Source: Moniliella sp. 'wahieum' (Eukaryota). From it: DNA of 64,000 nucleotides. Positions 1 to 14,490 of the stretch are shown one piece after another. The DNA lies in the NCBI GenBank assembly GCA_003971905.1, contig RSEE01000012.1:372001-436000 (forward strand). Reading direction: 5' to 3'. Under the pieces are notes generated by a model that was given only the letters and a program-made list of their open reading frames with translations, had not been told where the DNA came from and ran no database searches. Position numbers and translations under genes: made by a program. The first letter of the stretch is position 1. Each line of letters opens with the position of its first letter.

Positions 1-216
1 GCCACCGGCGGGGCGCGCATGTACCCTCCTCCAGGTTCGGTGCGATCTTCGGAGATGCCCTCCTCGGATGGAGACACAACGGGGTCCCAGAGCCCTCGAC
101 ACACCAGGTCCGTGTCCATTCAGTCTACCTCCCGTCTGTCCCAGGTTCTCAGCCGCGATACCTTGCAGTCCAAGACGTCGGGCGGGATTTTCAAGAGGAT
201 TTTTGGGCGCCAGTAG
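1..216 (+). CDS. 3' end of a gene truncated by the window edge (Ser-rich C-terminus ending GGIFKRIFGRQ*)
   Basis: Frame is open from base 1 to TAG at 214-216, followed by T-rich UTR-like sequence; no family recognised. Confidence 0.45.
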   Translation, partial: ATGGARMYPPPGSVRSSEMPSSDGDTTGSQSPRHTRSVSIQSTSRLSQVLSRDTLQSKTSGGIFKRIFGRQ

Positions 217-702
217 CTGGCAGCGGTAATTGGCTCGAAACTTGGGCAAACAACCCTTCCTGACCAAGCAGGCGTTCAAATGGGCTGGCATTTGAATGCT
301 TCATGCACCTAATCCGCGGGGCCCATTACGGAACTGTGCCCTTCTTGTTCCCATGTCCCGTCCTTTCTCCAATGGTTTCCCCAATCAGGCCATGACCTTT
401 GATTTCCCAAGTCTGTTGGCTGGGTCCACATTGCTGACCTTGTTATTCCTCTCTCCTCCCTTTTTGTTCTTGTTCACCCCCGAGGAGCAATGAGGTCCTT
501 TCTCCATTACCCCCATTTGTGGTTTTTTGTTTCAACTACCCTCCCTTTGTTATGCTGCAAGGCCCAATGTCGATACTTGCTCATCCTATACCTGCGAATT
601 TTATGGGTGTGTGTATAGGAGAGCTATTAACTTGAAGAGATGAGTCCACACAATCGAAATACTGTGGCACTTGTTCCATGCCACACGTCTTTTGCCTTCA
701 TT

Positions 703-3542
703 TCAGGCTTCACCCAATAGTTCAAAGCCAAAGTGAGTGAAGCGGCTGGGACCGGACCTGCCCACATTTGTAGTGGAGGGTTTCGTCGGAGCGTCATCGG
801 CAGGAACCCTTGACGCTTCTTCAGGCTCCGAGGACGAAGGAAGTGCCTCGGCGGCGAGCTCAATCAGTCGTACGGCAACCCGATCCGCGGCTTCACGGAT
901 CCCGATCAAATTGTACGCACCAGGGCCCACCTGCAGCGCCGAGTACGCTCCCACGACAAAAAAGGGGATCTCGGAGGACCATTGTAGGTCTTCGTTGATG
1001 AGAGGAAGCCCACTCGGATCACTGGAATAGGGTGCTGGCGGAGTAGACGACGAGTAAAAGGCAAGGACGAGAAGCTGATGGCTTGGCCAGTGGAAGAGAT
1101 AACATAGTCAACTGTCATCTCTGTCTTCACCTTGACCGTTTGGCTCATTGTATCAGTGTCGGTGGAATCCATAGCAGGCACGCCTTGGTCGCCTTTGTCC
1201 ATTTCATCCTGGGCAGAAACCTCTTGAGGGTCTGGTTTGCCCCTTTTGTGTTGGGCACGATCGAAAGCAACCTGGCGCCTGTGCTGGCTGCACAGATGCA
1301 CATTCGCTTTCTTCTGGGATTCAATCCAATCAAACGACTCTAGTGTAGTGAAGAGATGGACTTGAAGACGTCCTGTCTTCTCCCAGTACGCCAGTACACG
1401 AGCATAGTTGGGAGTCACAGCGCCTCCATTGCGGGCTTCTTTGATCATCTCCCACCTCCCCGCCGCCGAGTCCTCTTGCCAGAATCGCATTTTGTGGAGA
1501 TTGGAGTATTTTCCAAGCCATTCGTGACCCACATCGATGGGCTTGGCTATGAAAGACAACAAGCGATGAGTCAGTAACAGTAGTATGCAAAATGGTAGGA
1601 AGAAGCAGAAGTACGCACATTTAAGAGGACCTCGCATAATCAAGTGAACCTGATCAAAGTAGTTGTGCCGTAGACAAAGATCGGTAATCTGGGCCGACGT
1701 AAGTCCACCCCCAATGATAAGAAGGACTGTCGGATCTTTCCTGAGCGGATCCTTCATGCGCTCTTTCACGTGAGGGGGAGGAAGGGCATAAAGGGGATTG
1801 GCTAAAGCCAGTGAGTGGCACCAGCCTGGTCCACTGGAAGGATTCTTGTCCAGTTGGGTTTGAGAAGTCATTGCCATAGCGCTTTCTTTGGTTGAGGTGG
1901 GTACAGTTGGCTGCTGTGCGGCTGAAGTTGCACATTCCATCCTCTGCCCCCCTTTAAAAGGGGAGAGGGCACGTTGGGCATCCCACCTGGACCCACTGCA
2001 GACACCACAGAAGAGGCAGCAATAATTTGACCCGAATCGAGACGCAAGGCAAATGCCCCGGAACCCGGTGAGCCCGAATTAAAGGTAGAACAGCCACAGT
2101 CGCCGTCCTCAACCCACGCCAGGTCCACCACGGACCCACGAGCAAGGGTGACCACGGTTCCTTTGGCAGTGTGGACATGCGAGTCTTTCTTCTTGTTCAA
2201 AACTCCTCATACGTTGGCCACCATTGACCTTCTCGCTCCTTGCAAATGGGACCATCCCCAGAAAGGGAGGGCACGGCACCATGTTGCTGGCGTGCCAAAG
2301 CGTTCGATGTGGCCTTGCTCTGGCTCCTCTGAGCCGGCATAAGCTTCTCTGTCTCGGCCCCTCGACCCCCCAGCATGTCACCCTCCAATCCCGACGGAAT
2401 TCCCAACCGCTGAACGATATCTTCTTCGCAAAACCGAAAGAAAAGAGGTGTGGAGGGGGCGAAAAAGTCCTTCCGAGCCCGCTCATTGACGTTGACACCC
2501 AGTGCACGTTTTGTCATTGCATCCTCGTCCTGGGAAGCAACATGCGAGGGTTTCGTCATCCTCCTCTTGTTCTCCATCCATTTCCGTATGGGATGCCTGG
2601 GAACGAGCGCGTCGGCGGTTCTTTTTAGCCAATTTCTTGCGGCGATGCTTGGAGAGACCAGTGCCCACAATACCAGGAATTTCGAGCAAATGCGGTTGGT
2701 GACTTTCGCGTGAATCAACATCTTGCAATCCGGGAACCACTCGGCTGCCCCTGCGCATCCTGCGTCGGTCTCCGCTTGATAGACCATGGGAAGGAAATCC
2801 AGGTGGTGCGTGCCCTCCTTTGCCCATGGGCACGTTGGTAGGGGAAGCGGTGGCATCCCATCCGATCCTAGCCGCATAAGCCAGCAGATCATCATGATCG
2901 CCTGGGGATGGATGGAAAAACATGGGGAGCGGAGGAACTTGATCTCGTAGGCATCCATCAACGAACGATACTGCCCCGCCCATCCCTTTCCACACTTGTC
3001 GATGACAAGCACGCGAGGACAAGGACATTGGGGGAATGTGGGTACATCCCGGAGTATCTCCCTCGCGGAAAGAAGAGTGACACTCTTGGCTTCCATCCGA
3101 CCCCGGGGAATGACAGGGTGTTCAATACGTGGCTCGCCGTCCTTGTCCCGGCGCAGATGGAGAAGACTGGAACGAGGACGCGAGGATCTCTGGAGCCAAT
3201 GTAGGTGGCGCCGCTCTTCTTCCGTATACAGTGCGCCCGGGCGGGACTCGAGAATACGAGCCAGGGTAGCTAACCCGGCGGGCCCAGAGCCGATAATGAC
3301 TAGGTCATACGTCTCACCGCCTGGCTGGGGTCTGGGGCTGAACCGGGAACCGCCTCATCATGGATGACATTGCCTTTGCCGGATTCTTGTAGGGTCACGT
3401 TGTGCTTGTTACCAAGGTTCAGACAATGGAGGTTTTTTTCCATTGCTTGCAGCGGGACCGTGACTCGGTGTGGAGCAAGTGATGGCGGCATCTGTCCGAG
3501 AAAACGTGGCGGTTTTTGCTTGGTTGCGCGGGTGGAGGTCAT
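703..3542 (-). CDS. FAD/NAD(P)-binding oxidoreductase (flavin monooxygenase-like, two Rossmann motifs); intron and frameshifts
   Basis: N-terminal YDLVIIGSGPAGLATLAR (~3310-3255), YEIKFLRSP, SAVGPGG-PNVP, second dinucleotide motif LIIGGGLTSAQ, C-terminal GAYSALQVGPGAYNLIG. Confidence 0.8.
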
Positions 3543-5319
3543 GTGCTAATAGAAGGGAGGCCGAGGATGAAAATATATACCACGAATTATATAGTAGTCT
3601 TGACAGAACTCTCTCCCATAACCTATAGGCCACACGTAGACCGCAAAGGTGTCTAGAATGCCCGGAAGAAGAACAGGCTACAATAAGGGTACCCGCCCAG
3701 ACGCGAACAAGTTATGTGGAGGCATTAAATGAGGTGCGTTTTCGCGTGTGAGCACCTTCGGGGTATTGACAATTGGTATATTCTATCTCCATACTGCAGC
3801 CCTCTGATTGTTTTTGTTTTGTCTTGTTGTCTTTTCGCCAACCGTTTGAAGTGCATATACGAATTGTGTTGTTTGCACATCCGTCCGATTGCTTCAGTCG
3901 CTCCTCTGTGTTTGTACCACGGCGCATGCCTATACATCCCTATATCGATAATGGTGATTCAGAGGCGTTTCGCGATAGTGAGTACCGTCCGGGTCATAGA
4001 TATTCCCCAGGTCTCCTCGATCATAGCCACCTTTCTTGCCCTTACCGAAAGAAGGCTCTCTGGATCCCAACGAGAGCAACAACCGAGAGAAACCACGACC
4101 TGCTATAGACATGTTTCTGATGTGACCTGCGAGTCCTGATAATGGTCTTCTCGAAAGCAGTGATATATGTCACACATCGTGGCCAACCAAAACAACACCT
4201 ACTCTACAGAGGGACATCAAGCAGCCAGTTGCCACCACTGAGGAGGGCTAGGCTACAGAACAAGGAATGCAGAAGCTAGAAAACAAACGGAACTCGTTAG
4301 TAGAGGCCAGCTGTGAGAGGAGAATCTGAAGGGACCTTTTGGCCAAAGACGCGAGCCATACCCGCGATGGCTCAATATTTTCTCTCCGCTGCTCTCCTCT
4401 ATTTTCGCTCACTGCATCATTCCGAGCCTCTTCAGCCTTCTGGATCTCGTTTCCGGTCAGGTTTTGCGCCATTTCTTCCCTTCATCCATTCGACTTTTTG
4501 ACCTTCTGTTGCGTCTACATCCGCGCACTTAATGTTGCTTCCATCGATCATATCTAACCTTCTAGTATTGCTCGAATCTTGAGGTTGGACGCGTTCCGCT
4601 GTGGACATCGGGGTCCGATCGTTTCAACGTACACCTGAGCGCATTCTCGGCTTGAAGCTTGAAGCTAGAATTTAGCTTGAAGCTTGAGAAGCTAGAAGCT
4701 TGATCACATTGAAGTGTGTGACATGTGAACATGAAAGTCACCGATGTGACATGCGCATGTGACTCTTTGAGTCCTATAAGTTTTCTAACCCGGGGAGGAG
4801 TCGGATTAGGCCTTAGGGGCCGGTTAGGAGAAAAAGTAGCCTGCCCCATGCTGCACCTTATCGACCTCATCCAGTCGGCAATCGACGAACTCACTTTTTC
4901 TTTCAAGAATGGTGGCGGCGACCTCAAATACCCACCAAATACGGGGAGACTGTGGGCGGAGTTCTGGCCTTTTAGCCGGTTGGGCCTGGTTGGGCCTGGT
5001 TAGGGGTCGGTGAAGCCGGTGATGCATTATGCCATAGGCCTTAGGCCTTATATGTATAACGGGGTTAAAGTTAAGGGTTCCATGATCCATGTGTAACAGG
5101 TAACCGAGTGGTAACCTGTGGTAACCGACGTCCTGAGGAACCCTGATCGATGATCCCGCTGAGCGATGCGGCAGGCCACCACTGAGTACTGACCGGCCTG
5201 CGGAGATCCAACCGCAGCACCACGCAGCACCCCGCCCCTCCCCACCCTGGTCCGAGCGACTGCCTGCGACTGCCCACCCCAGATTCGATGGCACCATCAC
5301 CCGTCACGCTTCACGCCAA

Positions 5320-8300
5320 ATGCACGCAGCCGGTGAGTTTGGGTGCTTGCGTCGCTATCATCTGCCAGTGCGCCAGACGCCGCTCCATCGCAGCCCCATC
5401 CAGCGCATCCAGCACATCCGGCGCATCCAGCACATCCAGCACTTCCAACCCATACAGCCCATCCATCCCTCGGCCATCATTCTTCCCCCCCACCACCATT
5501 CTCCCACCCCCCCGCCCCTGCCCGGCTCTGCTCAGGCCTGGCGCCGCCCCTCAGGACCCATGGCCCAGAGCCTGCACCCCCTCCCCGCACCCCCCGCTGG
5601 CCAAGCCCCGCCAGGCAGGCAGGCAGGCAGGTGCGACGGGCCTGGCCATTGCACTCCCTCCCTTAGCGGCGCGTCCACGTCGATGGCTACTGTCGCGTCT
5701 CCTGCCCCGGTGCGTGCGGCAACTGCACCCCCCCAGAAGAACAAGAAGCGACGCGTTTTGATGGCATGCATACGCTGCTCAAGCAAGAAGACCAAGTGTG
5801 ACGGCAACAAGCCCTGCAATGCTTGCATTGCTCTTTCCATCGCAGATGAGTGCCAGTTCAACCCCAACCCCAAGAAGCGTGGGCCTCCCAAGGGCTATTG
5901 GGCCGCCCAGCGCAAATTGCGCCAGGATGCTGCGGCCCGCACACGGACAAGCACGTCGAATGCGACTCGTCTTAGGCCTTCCACTTCTATGCTGGTGCCC
6001 CAGCCTTCCACCGTCAGCAGCGTACACGCGCGGCCCACGCCAAGCGTTGCCGTCAATGCGCAACCCATCGGTGTGCCACCCGTACCAAATCAAGGCACCT
6101 CATGGGCGCGGTTTGTTGAACCTACGGGGTCTGGGCTTTCCGGCCCTTCTCTTCCATACCGCAATAGTTCAAGGGGTCTGGAACAGAATCCAAACACCAT
6201 CGACGGGTCGACACCACCCGGCCTATCTCATTACCAACACTGGCCGCGTCTCCCGTCCTTGGCCCACATGCAAGACTCCGTCGACGCTCCTTTGTCTTCC
6301 ACAGAGGAGCCTGTCTCGATGGCTGCGGAGACGCCCAGGAACCTGTTTGGGCTCAACCCGCCCCCCTCAGCGGTAACAGATGGGGCAAGAAAAGATCCCG
6401 GCTTGACCCCGTTGCAGGCTCGATTGGTGGAGATCTACATTGCCTTTGTTCATGACCACTGGCCTTTACTGGCTCCCAACACTCTCTTTGCTCCTGGATT
6501 AGGAGGTGATGGAGCAGATCAGGATATCACCCCTGGTTCCGATCCCGCTGTGGCTTCCAAGTTGGGGGGTGAGCGCCCCAAGACGTTATCGGCCTACATC
6601 GCTTCGCTCAAGGTTAAGGTGCCACTTCTGTTCCAGATCATTTGCTGTGTGGCCATGTGCACCTTGACAGAAGATGAATCTACTGGGGGTGGAGGCGGTG
6701 CTAAGGGCAGGAATATCATCGCTGATATTCCCCGACTCCCGGGGGAGGTCCCTACGGGAGCCGAGCTGGCTGCGCTGGTAGAAAAATGCCGGGTGGCGCT
6801 GCGTCCATACGCGCACATTCGGGCTGTGTGGGGTACAAGCTCTGTTCCTGCTCGCCCTGGCCGACTACTCGGCGGGGCGCACGCAAGAAGGATGGCAATC
6901 TACGGGCCTTGTGTGCCAACTCATCTTTGATATGAACCTGCACAGGCGCCAGGGCGAAGCCGCTGTCGAGCGCATGATGCGCTTGGCTGCCGCCAGCGAT
7001 GCCCCTCCCACCGCTACGTCTTCCCTCCACCGGCGACCCCCTCCGGCCAGCTCAGTCAACTTGACCACCCAACAGGCCAATGCCAAGCATCGCCCCACCG
7101 GGTTCATGCAATCCATGCTGGCTGACATTGCCTCTGAGGAGCAAGACACTGCAGAGGATGAGCGAGCGATGTATGCGGTCGCTGGGGCCTTCACCGTCGA
7201 TGAGATTATCCAAGTGCGGCGCAGGGTCTTCTGGTGCTCCTTTGTTCTGTAAGTTTGCCACTCTCCCTACTCAACCCGGACGCTGACACTCTTTCGCAAT
7301 GCTCCAGGGACAAGTTCGTGTCGGTCGCTTCGGAACGGCCTTGTATGCTGCGAAGTGCCGAGGTGGACGTAGGCTTCCCTGTGCCCAATGGGCTGGACGA
7401 TACGCAGCCATGGCTTACCAGCAGTAGCGCCATGTTTGTGCAGCCCAACGTGATACCGGAGCTCAAGGGTGTACCGGCATGCCTGGATTCATTTTTCGTA
7501 GTCCTATCCCAACTCTGTGTCGTTACCGAGCACATTCTCGATGCCTTTTACTCTCCCGCACGCCGAGCTCTCAGCAGGCTGCCGGATCTGGGCCGGGACG
7601 ATCGCTCGGTATGCGCCAAGACATCCAGCGAATTGGGAGAAGTCGGCCCATCGCATCAGCGCGACGAAGGAACAGCGTTGGCATCCCGGTGGTTTTCCGA
7701 TTCGTTGACTTTGGGGGGGTCGAGCGGAGGTACAAATAAGGTGCTCTACCGTCCTGATCCCCAAAAGGCGCTCGCAGAGAACTACCCCGTATCCTGCGCA
7801 TGCTCACCCTCTGGTCGGAATATGTGCCGGCTCCCATGCGCACTCGGTCCACACCATTCACATACGCCCAACCACCCCGACCGGCCGTCAGTCCCATTGG
7901 CCCGATCAGCCTGAAGGCCATGCCCCCTGGCACAAGGGCTCCCCGCCCAGCTTCCTAACCATGCGAGCCTGGTCCCACCTACATGTTTTGTTGCTCCACC
8001 GACCCTTCATTGCTCATCCGCATCTGCTTCATTTTGACCTGGAGACGCTGCGAAAATATGGATTCGCACCATCGATGCCACCTGACCAGGCTGGCGCTCC
8101 AGTTGGGTCCGCAGCCGCATCTACTCCTTCGCCTCAGCCCAGTATCCCCACTCCTGCTGTGCAGCCTTGCCCTCCGTTGGAGGACGGCGAAGGGTTATGT
8201 GCTTCCCGGAGGGACAAGCCAGCCCAGGTGAAGGACAGCATGACAAGTTTAATTGGGGAACAATGCCGTCTTGGGACCGAGAAATCCAATCGGCCTGGCA

Positions 8301-10147
8301 TGCCTCTAGATGGCTCATCGGATGTTTTTCCGCAAGCGGCAGGTGGTTCAGCACCAAGGCCCGACATGGGGTCGACGGCTAGAGAGGATGTGGGAGCGGG
8401 AGGGGCAACCTTCTTACTTTCGCTATCGCACCCGGCCCAAGTATGCATCCAAGCGGCGGCCGAGATTATTGCCATTGCCGATGCGTACAAGAGCATTTAC
8501 CCTCCCCGCAAACTGCCCAACATCTGGGTGTACATGCTTTTCCAGGCTGGCACTGTCACCTCCTCGTTCAGTATCAATGTTTCCGCCAGCACCTCGTCGG
8601 CATTGAGGTACGGAGGGAAGGAGCCAGCGCGCTGTGCCTCCTCCTTCGTTAGTCACCCCCACCGCGGCCCAAGCAGCTGGCCAAGAACGGCTAGAGCAGG
8701 CACAGGCTACCTCGGCGCGCTGTCGTCATCTCCTGTCTCGCTGCGTGGCGTCGCTGGAAGAGATTGGTCGGTCACACCCTTCGGCAATCAAATTGGTCCG
8801 TATCCTCCACTCGTTGTCCGACGTTTCCTCTACTGTCGATGCGGCTGCGACTGCATCCGCCTCGGGCACTTCTAGATCAACTGTTCGGAACCCCCCTCGA
8901 GATGAAAGTCAACCGGATTCTCAACCATCCGGCGCACTGCTGCCGGTGCCGCAACCGTCCTACCCTATGGCCCCGGTGAGCAGTGGATGGACGCATGATC
9001 CTGGGCCAACCATCCCTGGACAACCCCAGCCGTACAACGGGGAGCCTCTCCTGCCCACGGCGCCTTATCGTTCATCTTTGGCCCCTCTCGTTCCGCCTCA
9101 AGCATCAATGAACAACGTTCATCCAGCTGGAATCGGGGAGACAGTGACTTGGGAGCAATTCTCAACTATCAAAATACCCCCAGTGTGCCTACCCAGGGAC
9201 GTTGGCCTGTCGAGGAATCGGGACCGGGCGCGGGATCCGCCTCTTTCTCGTACGATGCGCAGCATATGAGGGATGATGATGTGATGTTCCCTGCTGCTCA
9301 TGCGCCGCAGGCGAGAGACGAGCACCTTGAGCCGGCTCAACCTGACTTCGCTGCTGAGCCTCCAGCCGTTCTGGCGGCGAAGTTGGCCCCTCCGACTGAA
9401 CCGTATCTTGCGGGAGGGTTGGGTGCGCCCCCCCTGGCTGGAAACGTGAATGCGCCTCGGATCGAATCGGACGTGATGGCGGCAACATTGGAACGATCCA
9501 TGTGGGAGCCATTTTGGAACCAGATGCCATTTGGGGAAAACTGGGATTCGTGGCGCACGTTTTTTACCCAGGTAACGACGGACGAGCACTTAGTGCCCAA
9601 CCCGTCTAACATGGCTGCGGCAACCGAAGCGCTTCCCAACTCTGCTGGTGACGCCTCCATCAGTGGGCCATCAGCCAGGGCGTCGGGATCCACCCCGTCG
9701 GATCCCCTGTTCCCCCCGGATTTGTCCAGCTTGGGCTATTATGGAATGGCTTCTTCGGAGGCAAAGTATCCCTCAACTCTGCTCGACCAACGGTCGTTGG
9801 GAGGAGCGATCCCCCTGCCCCATTCCTACCCCCCGGACAAGGTGGTGGGACTCCGGATGGAGTGCTGTATGGCGTGCCGTACCAGCCCTGCCACTAGCAT
9901 TACAACACTAGCGGGGTATGGCCCCTCCTTTCTCCCTCCGGGATCTACCACCACCTCGGCCAACTTTGATGGGACGAGTCAACCTCCTCTTGCTCGGCCT
10001 AGCCTGACACAGAACTTGATGGGCACATGGGAACCAACTCCAGCACAGCCACCTTTGCCTGCGCACGGGGAGGCAATCCGGTTGGCTCCCACATCAGCTT
10101 CCGCCCCTGCTTCCCACTCACCGAGCGGATTTTCCTGGACACCTTGA
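5320..10147 (+). CDS. Zn(II)2Cys6 fungal transcription factor with fungal-specific middle homology region; start uncertain, frameshifts
   Basis: ACIRCSSKKTKCDGNKPCNACIALSIADEC binuclear cluster plus KKRGPPKGY; YIAFVHDHWPLL; RRRVFWCSFVL/DKFVSVASERP split by intron 7249-7308; LLLHRPF; C..AA.EI motif. Confidence 0.9.
5396..5450 (+). repeat. 9-nt tandem repeat (CAGCACATC variants)
   Basis: ccatccagcgcatccagcacatccggcgcatccagcacatccagcacttcc. Confidence 0.7.
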
Positions 10148-11041
10148 TATGTGTACCTCTCATCCTGTCGTTTCTCCTGTTGCGCCTCTCTGCGCCTGCT
10201 GTTTTTCTTCGCACGTTTCATCTCTCCCCCATCTTCGCTTGACGCTATATTGCGAATGTATTGTTATCTGATACCTACTACTACAGCCTAGCATGATTGA
10301 TCCTGCTAATGTTCAATGCAGTTTGACGGCGCAACTGTGCCGACAGGAGGAGACGGGTTACAGAGGGGGTAGAATCCTGCGCAAGGCCTATATGGCCTCA
10401 TACACACTAACCCTTTACACGTCCTTTTTGGCATTTTATCCCCACAATACACCAACTGCACGTGTGAGGTGAATCCTACCACCCAGGGCACGAGAAATTG
10501 CCCTCCTACTAGTAGACAGTCGGAGGGCGCCAACAGACAAGGAATTCCCATATCTCCAACGACCCCGTTTCCGCCACTGTGGAGCGGCATCCGCTACATT
10601 CTTCTGCCCACGTGCGGCCGTAGTGCCAAAAGGTGTGTGGTCTGCATTACAATTTGAGGTCAGGTTCCGTTGGCTAATACAGCGTCCAAGCAAGCGACAG
10701 AAAACTGTGGGCCGAGAGCTTTTTGAGTTGGAACGTTGGGCCCAGGATGGGGGCTATAAAGTGGGACTTCCACCGCACAGCTGCATTCAATTGGGTTTTT
10801 TTTCAGGCCAGACCGTCGCTTTTGCCGCCCACCCTATATTATGCGTGGGCGCCTACAGCCTGCCCGGCCCTTTGGCTCCACCATGTCCACCAGAGCCGGT
10901 GGGGCGCCTGTGGGACATGGAGATATGCCATGCCACGGATGGAGTATTGACAGGGACAGTGACATTTCCTCGACAGCGTGTCGCAACGCTCCCATGTCTG
11001 CAGGACCGGCAGGGTTTGTGACATCCCTCTTGGGTCAACGG

Positions 11042-11127
11042 GGGCGGATAGCTCAGTTGGTAGAGCGCACGCTTCGCATCATTTGTGCATCTGTGTGAGG
11101 TCTGGGGTTCGATTCCCTATTGGTCCA
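11042..11127 (+). tRNA. tRNA-Ala(CGC) with ~13-nt canonical intron
   Basis: GGGCGGA/TTGGTCC acceptor stem with G3:U70; D arm AGCTCAGTTGGTAGAGC; anticodon stem CACGC/GTGTG with loop TT-CGC-A then intron; T loop GGTTCGATTCC; downstream T-run Pol III terminator. Confidence 0.92.
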
Positions 11128-12177
11128 ATCTTTTTTGCTCGCCTCCGCATCAGGAGTGCTTTTGATCGATCTCTCCCCTTTTAACTGAAAACGCACAAGC
11201 ATCGAACAGCCTAACAGCCGAGCAGCCGAACAGTCGCACATCGATAATCTGTCTCCGTACTACTGAAGGACTTGCACGCCACGCGTCAGTGCTCCGATTT
11301 GGTATACTTTTCATCCCGGCTATTACTGTCCATATTCGGTTGCGTCCTCATCGATCATCGACCTCGTCTCTATACTGCATCCATATCATTGACAAAGCTT
11401 AAGACTGGGACAGGGAAATGCTACGCCTAAACCGACCCGTTCATCTTGCGTATGTTGCTTGGTAACGCCACCACTCAGTCTGTTACTACACTTTATATAT
11501 GATCAACAAGGGGTTCTTTTGCAATACCGGGCGCCTTTGTCATCGTTCTCTGACACCATACACATTTACTCGTTGCGAAGCAGAAGTCTGATGCACTCGT
11601 GGTCGATCGTGAGGCCCTTAAGACTTGCTGGTGGGCAGAGTACAGCTATAATGAAATGCAGAGACGCGTCAAGCTTCAAGGGATTGATGTTGAAGACGTT
11701 GAAGGCTGATGCGCCGATGCATGGTGTAAGATGAGATCTGAAAGGATTGCGATTTGAAATTGGATTCTATGTCGCCGCTCCATGCCAGCGAACACATCGG
11801 CGAAATTGGAGTGTGCACGGGCCACCGGGGGCAGCGTGTGACATGTATGTGACATGCAACAAAACTTCTAAAACGTACCTGCGGAATAACGGCGCAGCCG
11901 GTTGCCTCGCATAACGCGTAACGCAACCGGCATCCGGCAGGTGTTTCCTGGGCCTTCGTACCTGGGCTATGCCGGGACGGCGCCAATGAAAGATTCACAT
12001 ACACAGCGATTCGATGACCTCACCGGTGGCGCCCACCCCTGGGCGCTTGTCCCTGTAACATGTAACTTGTAAGAGTGCTTTTTAGGGCGTCGACCGTCAC
12101 CAGCCTGGCGCCACAACCATCGAGCTGCTGCCCACAGCGGAGCGCGGCCCTTGGCGCTGGCCCATCAAGCGCAAGAG

Positions 12178-12216
12178 CGCCATCGCCATCGCCATCGCCA
12201 TCGCCATCGCCATCGC
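12178..12216 (+). repeat. (CGCCAT)n hexamer microsatellite just upstream of an ATG
   Basis: About six perfect copies, read directly. Confidence 0.85.
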
Positions 12217-12231
12217 CTCCGCCTTGTCATC

Positions 12232-14275
12232 ATGTCCGCGCCCGCTCAGCTGCCTGGCCCATCGTCCACGGCGCTCACCACTCTTCCCTCCCTCCCCGCC
12301 ACCACGTCCGCCGCCCCCGCTCCCGGCCCGTGTCGCTGCGGGGCCCATCTTTGCTCCATCCCGGCTTCGACCGCCCCGGATGCCGCGCTCGCTACTTCTC
12401 CCGCTGTCTCTGCTCCTGCCTCCGCTTCGGCCTCCTCTTCTCCTCCTGCCACTGCCCCGCCCCGTCCCCTGCTGCGTCTTCTTCTCCCGCCCCTGTAACA
12501 AAGCCCTTGTTGGCACCCTTGCACCTACGTTCCGCCTGTCGCACCCCCACGCCGCCTCCGTCTTCCGCCGTTATTTCACCCCCGATATGGACACCTCATC
12601 TTCCCCGCTCTCCCCTTTCACCCCTCCTCTTGCACAGTGGTGCATTTGACGAGCTCTCTCCAATTGGCTCTGCCGTTCCAGTCTGGCCCGAGGGCGGACC
12701 GCAGAAGGAACGGCATCCGCCTGGTATGCTTGTCAAGGACGGTCCTGTGACGGCCTGCACACAACTGCACCGTGCCGTCTCGCTGGCCGTGTCGGAGCAA
12801 GCCTCCATTGGCACAGCGAGTGGGTTGGAGCACACGCTCTCATGGCGCAGTAGCCGACGCAGTCCTGACATTGTCGAGGAGCCAGCATTCCAACCCAGCC
12901 CTTCCTCGCCGGTCAAGCTACTCCGATTCCTACTGCTGCTAGCCGAAGTGCTTCTCCGCGTTTGGCCTCATCCGAGTCCAACCCTGACCGCGCAATAGTT
13001 ACCCCCAAGGCTTTGGCAAGGTGGAGGGCCCGAGAAGCCAATCAGGCGGACGGCTCAGTCCACAGGCTGTTTGAGACAGTTCAACCATCCTCGGCGTTGG
13101 AGCAGCATGAAATGGCGGACGAGCTGCAAGCGCTGCAAGTTCACTCCGCCAATGATCTCCTTGATTTTTTCTCTGGCCATCAGGCTAGGCTAGACAGCAC
13201 GGACGAGGACGCAAATGCGATGGAGCTGGATTATTGGTCGGACGACGGAGCGTACTTGGTTGGATCCCTGCGTCACGCTCCTTTGCCCGATCCCCATCGC
13301 CACTCCAGTCTTCGTCGTCGTCCTACTCAAAACTCCTCGCGCCATGTGATTGAGGCACGCCCTGGTTTCACCGCTCGCCGCGCCCTCCCAGGCTTTGGGC
13401 AACGAGCCAATACTCCCCGTTTGACCATCGCGACGCAAGAACCCGACGTCTGGGTCCACTCGTGTCGCCTCTTTTGGCACCTATTCAGAGCAGTGTCTCG
13501 GTATCAGCAATTTTTGCTACGACCGAAGGCAATCCTTCGCCCACAGCAAGCCAGTTGACAGCCCAAGCAAGTGCTCCAAGCAGCGAGGCAAGGCGGAGCA
13601 ATCGATTCCGGAGCCGGTGGCGAGCTTCCACCCCTCTTTCTCTTGGGACGACCACGTCGGCCGAGTCGGCTGGACCCGGGACCAGCCCATCCTTGTGGCG
13701 CGCAGGCCGCTCCACCTCTTCGCTGCTTGGGTTCCGACTGCGCCCGGTGTCTATGCAGACTGAGCACGTTGCCCCGGAGGGAATCACGGCCGGATGGGTC
13801 AGGGGAGGAAACGTCCCCCTTAACCAGAACCGTGACGATGGACTCGCTTTTGTCCATGGCTCCTACCCTTCATGAGCAGCGAAGTGCAGGGAGCAGCCGT
13901 CTTCCGACTCGGCTGCCAGGTCAGCCTTCGCCCGAAGCCACTGGGAGCCAGCATCGGGGTCCTCGGTTGCCTGAGTGGGTACGAACGGGACGCAGTACGC
14001 CAAACTTATTTTCGCGCCGAAGGCAATCAGATCAGTTGGACACCATCGACACTTCTTCCAGTGCCTCGGGGGAGCCAGACGCAACCGGGATGCCAATCGC
14101 GGTGGGTGGGGTCTCCAGCCCGGCGGGTCCCCCCTCAGGCTCATCCGGCACCGTCCCTCCCGTGCTCCCCTGGCGGGCTCAGGGAACAAAGGACCGACTT
14201 CGTTCGAGCATGCGCCGCTTTCTTGGTCATGCTGTCCTTCCCAGCCCGGACCCTACAACTGGGCCAGTGCACTAG
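12232..14275 (+). CDS. Hypothetical Ser/Pro/Arg-rich, probably disordered protein (frameshifted)
   Basis: Chain of overlapping plus-strand ORFs (12151-12498, 12075-12998, 12962-13558, 13462-13875, 13571-14275) with consistent composition; no domain recognised. Confidence 0.5.
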
Positions 14276-14490
14276 CCAACGTGGCGCCTTGCCTACGACT
14301 TGGTCAATAGCCATAGATCATCGACATCTCCTGCTTCCTACCTACGTTTGCAATCGGGGCGGGTACCAGCTGCCGTTGGAGGGCTCTCTTTCTACCTACC
14401 TTGGCCTGCGGGACAGGTTGTACGATCCCCAATTTGCTATAGGTGTTCCAGGGATCGAAAGATGCATATATTGTAAACCATTCTTAAGTC